Part shown: in pieces, positions 1-8,693 of the stretch
Position numbering within the stretch: the first letter of the stretch is position 1
Layout of the letters: the number at the start of each line of letters is the position of its first letter
DNA from: an uncultured Chthonomonadaceae bacterium
Lineage (GTDB): Bacteria > Armatimonadota > Chthonomonadetes > Chthonomonadales > Chthonomonadaceae
Length of the DNA stretch: 64,000 bases
Assembly (NCBI GenBank): GCA_963817895.1
Contig: CAWFQB010000004.1
Span: 288,001 to 352,000, forward strand
Direction of reading: 5' to 3'
Notes under the pieces: generated by a model
Databases searched by the model: none
Told to the model about the DNA's origin: nothing
The model's input: the letters and a program-made list of their open reading frames with translations, nothing else
Position numbers and translations under genes: made by a program

Positions 1-39
1 GAATTGCAATGTCAACCGGGCGCGAATGGAACCGAGCAT
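1..39 (-). CDS. N-terminal fragment of a probable sensor histidine kinase (runs off the window)
   Basis: Minus strand ATG at 39 reads MLGSIRARLTLQF, the usual 'SIRxRL' start of OmpR-cognate kinases; directly downstream of the response regulator. Confidence 0.55.
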   Translation of the reverse strand, partial: MLGSIRARLTLQF

Positions 40-56
40 GAGAAAATCCTGTGGGG

Positions 57-133
57 AAGATACGAGATAGGAGATACGAGATACAAGGCACAAGCAATCC
101 TACTCTTATCTCGTATCTCCTATCTCGTATCTT
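57..133. repeat. Inverted array of GATACGA-type heptamers
   Basis: AAGATACGAGATAGGAGATACGAGATA, a spacer, then TATCTCGTATCTCCTATCTCGTATCTT. Contains the stop codon of the response regulator. Confidence 0.9.
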
Positions 134-821
134 CCTCCAGCCGATACCCCGCGCCGCGCACGGTATGGATCAGCGGGTGAGGTTGGCCCTTATCAATTTT
201 GCCGCGCAGGTAGCTGATATATACGTCCAGCACATTATCGTTGCCCTCGAAATCGTACTGCCAGACGTGTTCCAGAATCATGGCGCGGGTTAAAACGCGA
301 CCCGTATTGCGCATCAGGTATTCCAGAAGCGTGTACTCCGTTGCGGAGAGCAGGATGGCCTTGCCGTCTCGAGTGGCTTTGCGAGAAGCCGGGTCCAGCG
401 TTAAATCGCCCACTTGCAGCACAACAGGGGCAGGATGGGCGCGGCGGAGAAGAGCGCGGGTACGCGCCAGCAGTTCTCCGATCTGGAAGGGCTTGACAAT
501 GTAATCGTCCGCGCCGCTGTCCAGTCCGGTGATTTTGTCTTGCAGCGCGTCGCGGGCCGTAATCAGCAGAATGGGCGTAAAAACGCGCTCGGCGCGAAGG
601 CGGCGGCAAACCTCGAAGCCATCCATACGCGGAAGCATGATGTCCAATAAAATCAAATCGAAGTTCTGAACGCGCGCCAACTCATAAGCCGTCACGCCAT
701 CTTCGGCCACTCGCGCAGCGTATCCGGCTTCCGTCAGCGCCTGTTTCAAAAACCGGGCTACGCTGTCATCATCTTCCACAATCAGCGCATTGACAGTCAC
801 CAACGGTTGCTGCTTTCCCAC
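120..821 (-). CDS. OmpR/PhoB-family response regulator
   Basis: Receiver motifs EDD, LLDIMLP, GADDYIVKPF; winged-helix C-terminus VLDVYISYLRGKID...TVRGAGY. Confidence 0.95.
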   Translation of the reverse strand: MGKQQPLVTVNALIVEDDDSVARFLKQALTEAGYAARVAEDGVTAYELARVQNFDLILLDIMLPRMDGFEVCRRLRAERVFTPILLITARDALQDKITGLDSGADDYIVKPFQIGELLARTRALLRRAHPAPVVLQVGDLTLDPASRKATRDGKAILLSATEYTLLEYLMRNTGRVLTRAMILEHVWQYDFEGNDNVLDVYISYLRGKIDKGQPHPLIHTVRGAGYRLEEDTR

Positions 822-1128
822 GCTTCTCGCTCCGCGCCTGTTCCTTTGTACGAGTCGCCTGTTGTTTGTATGTACAGTATGCAGGAAGAATGTTAAATTT
901 CCATAAAATTCTCCTGAGAGTTTGTTAAGGTTGAGAATGGCGGGGGCAGAAGGCGGAGTATGCAGTCAGTCGCGCCATATAGACGCGCTAAAGCCCGTAT
1001 GGATAACACAGAATCAAAGTAATGCAATGTCGTGATGATTCCTTCCCTGTATTTTAGCGGGATACCGCCGATGATAAAGGTATTATAACATTGGTTTTTG
1101 GCTGGAACGCGGGCGAAGGGGGTTAGTA

Positions 1129-1947
1129 ATGCGACGTTTGATGCGAACGGGGCAATGGGAACGTAGGGCAGGACGCTTGTTAACGTGGTCACTGGCGGCA
1201 ACTATTTTGAGCGGCTGTGGGGGCGGGAGTGGCAGTTCGCAGCCCGTACAAAGCGCGGCAATACCGCAGCAATCCGCTACGATTGTGGCAACTCCTGCTG
1301 CTATCCCGACGCCGAGCGCGTCAAGCGGGTGCAGCGTCAACAGTTTTATCCCCAACTTCGCGACGGAAACTGACCCGGCCACCAATCTGCCTAACCAACT
1401 TTTTCACTGGACGGCATTTCCTGCGCGCGTCTATTTTGCGCCCGGTTCCTATTTAACACCGGGTCTGAAAGCGCAAACGCTTGCCGGGTTTGATTGGTGG
1501 CAGCAGGCGACGGGTTCTGCCACGCAGTATCAGGAGGTGGCGACTGCCGCCGCCGCCAATATCGTGGTGCAGTATGAAGCGCGGGGCGATACCAATTACG
1601 GCGCGATTACCGAATATCACGCCAACGGCAAGCGGCAGTTGGCAGATGCGACCATTACGTTCAACATGACTTATCTGGTCAACGTGGACAACATCACGCC
1701 GGTTGCCGCGCATGAGTTCGGCCACGCGCTCGGAATTGGCGGACACAGCACGGATACCAGTGACGTGATGAGCAGTTCCCCGCAGGTGTATACCCGCGTC
1801 CTGCTCTCCGTTCGGGATGTGAATACGCTGAAAACCGCGTATTGCGGCCTGCCGGACAGTCTCGGTTCCCCGGACGGAGAGAGTTCCGGCAGTTCTAAAG
1901 GAACGGGGCCAACCATCGTCGTGCGCTGTGGGCTGGGCGTTCATTAA
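1129..1947 (+). CDS. Matrixin-like (M10/metzincin) metalloprotease lipoprotein
   Basis: Lipobox LSGC; HEFGHALGIGGH zinc motif followed by Met-turn SDVM. Start uncertain. Confidence 0.85.
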   Translation: MRRLMRTGQWERRAGRLLTWSLAATILSGCGGGSGSSQPVQSAAIPQQSATIVATPAAIPTPSASSGCSVNSFIPNFATETDPATNLPNQLFHWTAFPARVYFAPGSYLTPGLKAQTLAGFDWWQQATGSATQYQEVATAAAANIVVQYEARGDTNYGAITEYHANGKRQLADATITFNMTYLVNVDNITPVAAHEFGHALGIGGHSTDTSDVMSSSPQVYTRVLLSVRDVNTLKTAYCGLPDSLGSPDGESSGSSKGTGPTIVVRCGLGVH

Positions 1948-1960
1948 GCGGGTATACCAA

Positions 1961-2010
1961 TAGCCCTCAACCCCTGACCCCTTCTCCCAACTTTCGGGAG
2001 AAGGGGAACT
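1961..2010. repeat. REP-like hairpin, CCCTCAACCC...CTCCC/GGGAGAAGGGG family
   Basis: Near-identical reverse-complement copy at 20471-20515; related copies elsewhere in the window. Confidence 0.85.
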
Positions 2011-2059
2011 TGTCAGGACAGGCTTTGAGCGGGTAAGTTGGAAACGTCCGGCAGGAAAT

Positions 2060-2089
2060 TTGACAGCGAGGGGCTTATCAATCTATAAT
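2060..2089 (+). promoter_or_regulatory. Sigma70-type promoter, probably leaderless transcript
   Basis: TTGACA (2060-2065), 18 nt, TATAAT (2084-2089); ATG only 5 nt further on with no Shine-Dalgarno. Confidence 0.65.
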
Positions 2090-2094
2090 CGCGT

Positions 2095-3243
2095 ATGCGA
2101 ATCGCTGTTTTCACAGAATGTTATGTTCCCGTCACGAACGGGGTAGTTACGTCGGTGGTCACGCTGCGCGAAACGCTGCAAGCGTGGGGGCATCGCGTAT
2201 TTGTGTTTGCGCCCGGTATGCCGCAGCCGGGTGAAGAGGATGTGTTTCGACTGCCGGCACTGGCGTTTCCCCGCTACCCGTTTCAGCCCGCCCGCCCGTT
2301 CCCGCGTATGCCCGTTGATTTCGCGTCCCTCAACGTAGATGTTATTCATTGCCAGCATCCTTTTACCGTCGGGCGTCTTGGCGCGGAAACCGCGCGCAAG
2401 CAGGGGCTGCCGATGGTCTACACCGCCCATTCCCTCTATGACCTGATGGCCTCCAATTCCAAACTGCGCGTGGTTCGGGCGGTCGGGCAACCGTATGCGC
2501 GGGGCGTCGTGCGCCGTTTTTGCGCCCGGGCGCAGGCTGTCATTGTACCCACGCAGCACACGCGCCAATCTCTGATCGCGGACGGGGTGAACGCTCGTTT
2601 CATTACTGTGCCGACCGGCGTTCCTCCCATTCTGCCCTCTCCAAACGGACGGGCGCGTATTCGGGAGTGCCTGAATATGGAGGAAGAAACGCCCCTGTTG
2701 CTTTATCTGGGCCGAGTCGCGCCCGAAAAGCGGCTGGATTTGTTGCTTGCCGTCTGCGTTGTCTTAAAAGGGCGAAATTTGCCACCCCCCCTGAACGATT
2801 TTCGACTGGCGATTGTGGGCGATGGACAGATACGCGCCGATGTGGAAGCGCAGGCGGAAGAGATGGGATTGGGCGGGCGCGTCGTGTTTACAGGCCGATT
2901 GCCGCATGAAGAAATCGCGGATTGGTACGCCGCTTCGGACGTGTTCACGCTGGCCTCCCCTTATGAAACGCAGGGATTGGCGCTTGTGGAAGCGATGCAG
3001 GCCGGGTTGCCGTGCGTGGCCGTAAATCGGGGCGGGCCAACCGAAGTGGTTCAAAACGGACGCACCGGGCGGCTTGTCTCCTTTGAAGTGGAAGCGTTCG
3101 CCGATGCCGTCGAGGAGTTGCTGCGCAACCCACGCCTGCGCCAAACGTGGGGACAAGCCGGACAAATCGCCGGAAAAGCGTTTACGCCCGAAGCGATGGC
3201 GCGGGGGGTGCTGGAAGTGTATGCAGAGGTAGTCAGTAGATGA
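2095..3243 (+). CDS. Glycosyltransferase family 4 (diacylglycerol glucosyltransferase-like)
   Basis: MRIAVFTECYVPVTNGV start, GRVAPEKR, ETQGLALVEAMQAGLP (EX7E motif). Confidence 0.92.
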   Translation: MRIAVFTECYVPVTNGVVTSVVTLRETLQAWGHRVFVFAPGMPQPGEEDVFRLPALAFPRYPFQPARPFPRMPVDFASLNVDVIHCQHPFTVGRLGAETARKQGLPMVYTAHSLYDLMASNSKLRVVRAVGQPYARGVVRRFCARAQAVIVPTQHTRQSLIADGVNARFITVPTGVPPILPSPNGRARIRECLNMEEETPLLLYLGRVAPEKRLDLLLAVCVVLKGRNLPPPLNDFRLAIVGDGQIRADVEAQAEEMGLGGRVVFTGRLPHEEIADWYAASDVFTLASPYETQGLALVEAMQAGLPCVAVNRGGPTEVVQNGRTGRLVSFEVEAFADAVEELLRNPRLRQTWGQAGQIAGKAFTPEAMARGVLEVYAEVVSR

Positions 3244-3340
3244 GTAGATGGGTAGAAAAGCCCATTTTGAAAGTTGATACTGTCTTGTACAACTTTGAGT
3301 AGCGTGGTATTTCTACCATCTACCCATCTATTCATCTACC
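3236..3340. repeat. Inverted array of GTAGATG/CATCTAC units between convergent genes
   Basis: GTAGATGAGTAGATGGGTAGAAA ... TTTCTACCATCTACCCATCTATTCATCTAC; overlaps both flanking stop codons. Confidence 0.85.
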
Positions 3341-4241
3341 TCCTCAAAGGATGATTTTTCCCGCAAAACGTTTTCCACTTCCGTTTGCGCCAGTCGAGGG
3401 CGAGGGCGGCGTCTTCCTGAAGACCGGCCTGACAGAGCAGGGCGTGGATGCGCGGCCATGCTTCACCCACCGCCTGACGCGCCAGCCAGTAGGCCATCTC
3501 AAAGTCTACCACCTTGTCGGGTACGCGCTTATCGGCCAGCAGTCCGTGCAGGCGCAGAACGCGGGTTTGCGCGTACCAGTACGAGGGATACGCCTGCCGA
3601 CTTGTGGCGTGGAGCCATTCTACGGTAAACAGGGGCAGGCGCGGCGCATAAAGGGCGAGCCGGGTTGCGATACGGGCATATCGCGCCTGAATTTCGGTTT
3701 GGGTTCGGCGGTTGGGCGCGTTCAGAAACAGTTCCCATTGCGCGGTTTCCACGCCCTGCTGCGCGTTTTGCCGCGCAATCAGGTCGCCGCACCGGGATTG
3801 ATAGAAAGCGTCCCAATGCCGTTTGCGCCACTGCTCGGAGCGGACGTAGAGTTCCCCCAACCCGCGCTGTTCCAGTTCTTTGTCCACCACGCCGCCCCGG
3901 TGCGCGTGTTTGTAACGCTGTGGCAGTCCCGACCCGAAACCGTGCGCGTAGTGCGCCAGTTCATGCGCGAGGGTTCCATCCACGACGTAAACGGGAACGA
4001 ACGGATCGGCGTACAGACGATTGACCTGGATGAGCGCGGTGTTGTCGCGGGCGCAGATGCAGCCAAGCCGGTATTTGGCCCGCGTGGAAAACCGCGTGAC
4101 AATCGGATAGCCCTGCGGCACATCGGCAAAATGGTTTTCGCGCAACAGCCGTACTCGTTCGGTCAGCCACGCATCGTCACGGACGATTGCAGCAGTATCA
4201 TCTTCAACATCTTCAAATAGGTTGGAAAGAGGGTTTGTCAT
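3336..4241 (-). CDS. SprT/M48-like zinc metalloprotease with a second, degenerate copy of the domain
   Basis: HELAH plus downstream AH in domain 1; domain 2 aligns by eye (LADKRVPDKVVD; WRKRKW) but lacks HExxH. Confidence 0.75.
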   Translation of the reverse strand: MTNPLSNLFEDVEDDTAAIVRDDAWLTERVRLLRENHFADVPQGYPIVTRFSTRAKYRLGCICARDNTALIQVNRLYADPFVPVYVVDGTLAHELAHYAHGFGSGLPQRYKHAHRGGVVDKELEQRGLGELYVRSEQWRKRHWDAFYQSRCGDLIARQNAQQGVETAQWELFLNAPNRRTQTEIQARYARIATRLALYAPRLPLFTVEWLHATSRQAYPSYWYAQTRVLRLHGLLADKRVPDKVVDFEMAYWLARQAVGEAWPRIHALLCQAGLQEDAALALDWRKRKWKTFCGKNHPLRR

Positions 4242-4410
4242 AAGGGCAATAGCAATAGCGCAATTAGAAGTTTTGGTCCTACGATCAGGCGCAATTTCCG
4301 GGTGTTGAAAACACCCGGAATTCCAAACCGGATTTGCGTTGACCTGTAGTTGGTATGACGTTTCGACGCGCTACGGTTTGTATCCTTCTGGATTACCGCG
4401 AGAAAATTGT

Positions 4411-5217
4411 ATGAACGTTTCTGAGATCGAACAACAAGTAAATAGGGACGGTTTTGCCATTGTTAAAGATGTCGTTCCGGTGGAAACCGTTGCCGCGTTG
4501 CAAAGCGCGGTTGAAAAGGTGATTGACGAGAACGGCTTGCGCAGCGGCAGCGCCTACGGTACGCGCAGTCTGTTGGAAAAGGTGGCGGCGGTTCGTGAAC
4601 TTGCCTGTTCTGCATCCCTGCGCAAAATTGTGGAAACTATTCTGGGCAGGGATTGTTTTGCGGTTCGCGGAATATGGTTTGACAAAGTGGAGAGCGCGAA
4701 CTGGAAAGTGCCGTGGCATCAGGACTTGAGCATTGCGGTTCGCGAACGGCGGGACGTGGAGGGGTTTGGCGCGTGGACGCGCAAGGAGGGCGTCGTTCAT
4801 GCCCATGCGCCCACAGAACTGCTGGAACGTATGGTGACGCTGCGCCTGCATCTTGACGATTGCGACGAAACAAACGGCCCTGTGCGCGTTTTGCCCGGTA
4901 CGCACCATGTTGGAAAACTAACGGCGGAACAGATACAAACGCGCCGAACGGAAATTGCCGAAGTTGCCTGCGTCGTTCCCGCTGGTGGCGTCCTCGTCAT
5001 GCGCCCACTCCTGCTTCACGCCTCCTCGCCCGCGCAATCGCCCCGGCATCGCCGCGTAGTTCATCTTGAGTACACCGCCGATTGCTTACCGGACGGTTTG
5101 GAATGGCAATCGCAAGTTAAACCTGATGCAAATAGTCTATCTTTTAGATTGAAAAGCCCCTCTCCTGGCGCGTTGCGCGGCAAGGAGAGGGTGTCCACAA
5201 GTGGACGCCCGGAGTGA
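4411..5217 (+). CDS. Phytanoyl-CoA dioxygenase (PhyH)-family Fe(II)/2OG enzyme
   Basis: WHQD, LRLHLDD, RVLPGTH, LLHAS motifs; the C-terminal extension runs through a REP-like hairpin. Confidence 0.9.
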   Translation: MNVSEIEQQVNRDGFAIVKDVVPVETVAALQSAVEKVIDENGLRSGSAYGTRSLLEKVAAVRELACSASLRKIVETILGRDCFAVRGIWFDKVESANWKVPWHQDLSIAVRERRDVEGFGAWTRKEGVVHAHAPTELLERMVTLRLHLDDCDETNGPVRVLPGTHHVGKLTAEQIQTRRTEIAEVACVVPAGGVLVMRPLLLHASSPAQSPRHRRVVHLEYTADCLPDGLEWQSQVKPDANSLSFRLKSPSPGALRGKERVSTSGRPE

Positions 5218-5222
5218 GGTAA

Positions 5223-7850
5223 TTGACCACAACAAATTTCGATAAACAATCTTCGGCCCGTTGCTATACGGGGGAACAGTTGCGCGCGGTCGCTATGCCG
5301 CTTGGCGGCATTGGAACCGGAAGCGTAGCGCTGTGCGGCGACGGCAGTTTGCGGCAGTGGCAGCTCAATAACAACGTCAATCATCTGGCGTATGTGCCGC
5401 ACAGCTTCTTTGCGGTTCAGGCGCAGCGGGAGGGGCAGGCCGCTGTCAGTCGCGTTCTGCAATCCGGCGCGCTTTATAAGGAAGACTTTGCGCCGGTTCC
5501 ATCCGTCAACGATTACATCATTCCTGACGAGTGCAAACGTCTGCTGGAAACTCTTCCCGGCGTAGCGGCGACGGAGTTTCGGGGCGAGTATCCCCTTGCC
5601 AAAGTCACGTATCGGGATGCAGCGTTGCCCGTCGAGATTACCCTGACCGCGTATTCGCCGTTCTGCCCGCTGGATGCGGAAACGTCGGGACTGCCCGCCG
5701 TTGTCTTCCAATTTTCCGTCCACAATCCCGCCGAGCGTCCCGCAAACGCGCATATCGTCGCCACACTGCAAAACTTTGTCGGGTGGGACGGCATACAGAA
5801 CATTACGGGCGTGGAGTGCGCCAGCTATGGCGGCAACCTGAACCACGTCCTGCGGCTGCGGGGCCTGACGGCGATTGTGATGGAGAACCTGAAACTGCCG
5901 GCCAATCATCCGCAGAACGGTTCGCTGTGCCTTGTCGCGCTGAGTGAGACTGCCAACGCCTGCGCCGCGTGGAGCGATCCGCTAACGTTCTGGAACGATT
6001 TCACCCGCAACGCGCCCTCGCTGGCAAATGTCCCCACGTCCGCCCCTTCCCCGGATGGCAGAACCGTGAACGGCGGATTGTCCGTTCCCCTGCGGCTGGA
6101 ACCGGGCGAAACCAAAACCGTGACGTTTGTACTCTGCTGGCACTTCCCGAACCGCTATGTGAACTGGGGGCAGGGGTTCAGCGGCATCGAAGACCGCAAA
6201 AGCCTGTTCTGGCAGGGCAACGCCTACTGCAAGCGGTTCGGCGGGGCGGCAGCCGTTGCCGAGTACGTCCGCGACAACTTTGAACATCTGGACGCAATCA
6301 CGCGTCGTTTCCACGCTACCTTTTATGACAGCGCGCTGCCGTATGAGATTCTGGATGTAGTCGGTTCGCAAATGTCCATTATCCGTACTCCGACATGCCT
6401 GTGGACGGAAGACGGACGCTTTTTCGGGTTTGAAGGCTGCTGCGGCGCAAGCACAAACTGGCAGGCATCCGGCGGCTGCTGTCCTATGAATTGTACGCAC
6501 GTCTTCGCGTATGAGATGAGCTTGTCCGCGCTGTTTCCCGATCTGGAACGCGCCATGCGCGAAACGGAACTGTTCCACCAACTGCATCCGACCGGCTATC
6601 TGCCCCATCGCGTTACCCTGCCGCTGTACCTGCCGCGCCCGTGGGAACGGGTGATTGGCGGGCCGGAAAAGCCCGCGCTTGACGGCCTGTTGAGTCTGGT
6701 TTTGAAAACCTATCGGGAACATCGGCGCAATCCTGACCCGAAATGGCTGCTGCGCGCCTGGCCCAAAATCAAGCAGGCCATGCAGCATGTCATGACCGCC
6801 CATGATACCGAAGGCGACGGCGTGATACGCGGCGAACAGCCCAACACCTACGACATTTCCATTTTCGGCCCCAATACGTTTATCGGAACCCTGTATCTGG
6901 CCGCTCTGCGGGCTGCCGAAGCAATGGCAAAATTGCAGGGGGAGAACGAACTGGCGGAATCGTACCGCGAACGCTATGAAAAGGGCAGAACCGGATACGA
7001 CGACCTGCTGTGGAACGGCGAATACTGGATACAGATTTACGACCCGACTGCGAACCCGGAACAGAATTACGGCACAGGCTGCCACTCCGACCATTTGTTC
7101 GGGCAGTGGTGGGCGCACAATCTCGGATTAGGACACGTTTTACCACAGGAGCGGGTTCGGCAGGCCGCGCAAAGCATCGTCAAGTACAATTTCCGCGCGA
7201 ACTTTGTGGGGCATAAGCAGCAGCCCCGCGTGTACGCCTGCGACGATGAAGCCGGACTGCTGATCTGTTCATGGCCGCAGGGCGGACGCCCGCCCGTGCC
7301 GACGCTGTATTCCGATGAAATCTGGACGGGCATCGAGTACGAAGTGGCCGCCCTCTGTTTCTATGAGGGCATGACCGGGGAGGGATTGGCGATCTTACGC
7401 GCTGTCCGGCAACGCTACAACGGCGAACGGCGCAGTCCGTGGAACGATGTGGAGTGTGGCGACCACTACGCCCGCGCCCTGTCGAGTTGGGCATTGCTGG
7501 ACGCGGCCTGCGGTTATCAATATGACGCTTCGACAAACGCCCTGACTATTCAGCCGCGCATTATGGAAACTGAGTTCCGCGCGTTCTGCATCACGGCGAC
7601 AGGCTGGGGAACCGCTTCCATGAGCCGAACAGAAACAACACTGACCGCGCAATTGCGCGTCGCGTGGGGCGCAATGCAAATTGCCGTTTTGACTCTCCCC
7701 GCAACCAGCGCGACAGGCGTATCTGCGCAGCTAAATGGTTCAGCCGTTTTATGTGCCATTGCGCCGGATGGAGAGGGTACGCGATTGCAGTTCAATAGCG
7801 CTGTTGTCATTCCAACGGAGCAGGCATTGACGGTTGAATTGAGTTGGTGA
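5223..7850 (+). CDS. GH116 (GBA2-like) glycoside hydrolase
   Basis: MPLGGIGTG start, FEG, NCTHV, PNTYD, EIWTGIEY, ECGDHYARALSSW motifs. Confidence 0.92.
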   Translation: MTTTNFDKQSSARCYTGEQLRAVAMPLGGIGTGSVALCGDGSLRQWQLNNNVNHLAYVPHSFFAVQAQREGQAAVSRVLQSGALYKEDFAPVPSVNDYIIPDECKRLLETLPGVAATEFRGEYPLAKVTYRDAALPVEITLTAYSPFCPLDAETSGLPAVVFQFSVHNPAERPANAHIVATLQNFVGWDGIQNITGVECASYGGNLNHVLRLRGLTAIVMENLKLPANHPQNGSLCLVALSETANACAAWSDPLTFWNDFTRNAPSLANVPTSAPSPDGRTVNGGLSVPLRLEPGETKTVTFVLCWHFPNRYVNWGQGFSGIEDRKSLFWQGNAYCKRFGGAAAVAEYVRDNFEHLDAITRRFHATFYDSALPYEILDVVGSQMSIIRTPTCLWTEDGRFFGFEGCCGASTNWQASGGCCPMNCTHVFAYEMSLSALFPDLERAMRETELFHQLHPTGYLPHRVTLPLYLPRPWERVIGGPEKPALDGLLSLVLKTYREHRRNPDPKWLLRAWPKIKQAMQHVMTAHDTEGDGVIRGEQPNTYDISIFGPNTFIGTLYLAALRAAEAMAKLQGENELAESYRERYEKGRTGYDDLLWNGEYWIQIYDPTANPEQNYGTGCHSDHLFGQWWAHNLGLGHVLPQERVRQAAQSIVKYNFRANFVGHKQQPRVYACDDEAGLLICSWPQGGRPPVPTLYSDEIWTGIEYEVAALCFYEGMTGEGLAILRAVRQRYNGERRSPWNDVECGDHYARALSSWALLDAACGYQYDASTNALTIQPRIMETEFRAFCITATGWGTASMSRTETTLTAQLRVAWGAMQIAVLTLPATSATGVSAQLNGSAVLCAIAPDGEGTRLQFNSAVVIPTEQALTVELSW

Positions 7851-8116
7851 CAATGCTCGCTTCGTAAGGACACAGGCCTGAGGCGTGTTCTCCTGATAAA
7901 ATTATGACGGATTAGTCCTAAAATGAGGAACCTTGCGCGGTATTCGGTGGTACTATATCATAGGCTTAGATAACTTTAGTGTGGTACGCGCAAGGCTGAA
8001 AGCGGCAGCGAAGAAAATCCACAGGCGGTGAAACAATGCGCGGCTGCGATGCGTATACCCTTCACTGCATTATGGATTCCTGTTGCGCGATCCCCGCATA
8101 GTGACAAGAGGGGAGG

Positions 8117-8569
8117 GTGGGACAAAGAATGGCAAGACGAGAGTATAATCCGCTTGATGTGTTCCTGCTGCTGGATTCCGACATTGGCCGTATGCCGGTA
8201 AATGCGCAGCGGGCGGTGCAATTTCAGCCTGCGATTGACATGTACGAGACCGCAGCCGCCCTGGTCGTGGAGATGGAACTGGCGGGCATTGTGCCGGAGC
8301 GTCTGAGCATCACCCTGTCGGCGGATGATCGCATTCTCAGCGTCACGGGCGAACGGCGCGAACCGCAGGCCGAACAGCGGGAACGGACGCGCTGTTACCA
8401 TCTGGAAATTTTCTTCGGGCAGTTTGAACGGCAGATCGTCTTGCCCTCCACGGTCGCCTTCGACCGCGACAACATTACCGCCCATTACCGCGATGGCTTT
8501 CTCATCATCGCCCTGCCCAAACGCGCCGAACCCCGTCATGAGAAGCGGGTGATTGAGATACAGAAGTAG
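8117..8569 (+). CDS. Hsp20/alpha-crystallin small heat shock protein
   Basis: QPAIDMYET, ELAG, FGQFERQIVLP, AHYRDGFLIIALPK. Confidence 0.92.
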   Translation: MGQRMARREYNPLDVFLLLDSDIGRMPVNAQRAVQFQPAIDMYETAAALVVEMELAGIVPERLSITLSADDRILSVTGERREPQAEQRERTRCYHLEIFFGQFERQIVLPSTVAFDRDNITAHYRDGFLIIALPKRAEPRHEKRVIEIQK

Positions 8570-8682
8570 ATGGGTAGATAGGTAGATAGTAGATAGGTAG
8601 ACAATGCCGCATCTTAAAATCTTTTGCCTTATAGAAAGTAGTGAGTAGGATGGCTACCTGTCTACCATCTACCTATCTACCT
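8566..8682. repeat. Inverted array of (G)GTAGAT(A) units
   Basis: GTAGATGGGTAGATAGGTAGATAGTAGATAGGTAGAC ... GTCTACCATCTACCTATCTACC; starts at the hsp20 TAG. Confidence 0.88.
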
Positions 8683-8693
8683 CTGGAGCCAAC

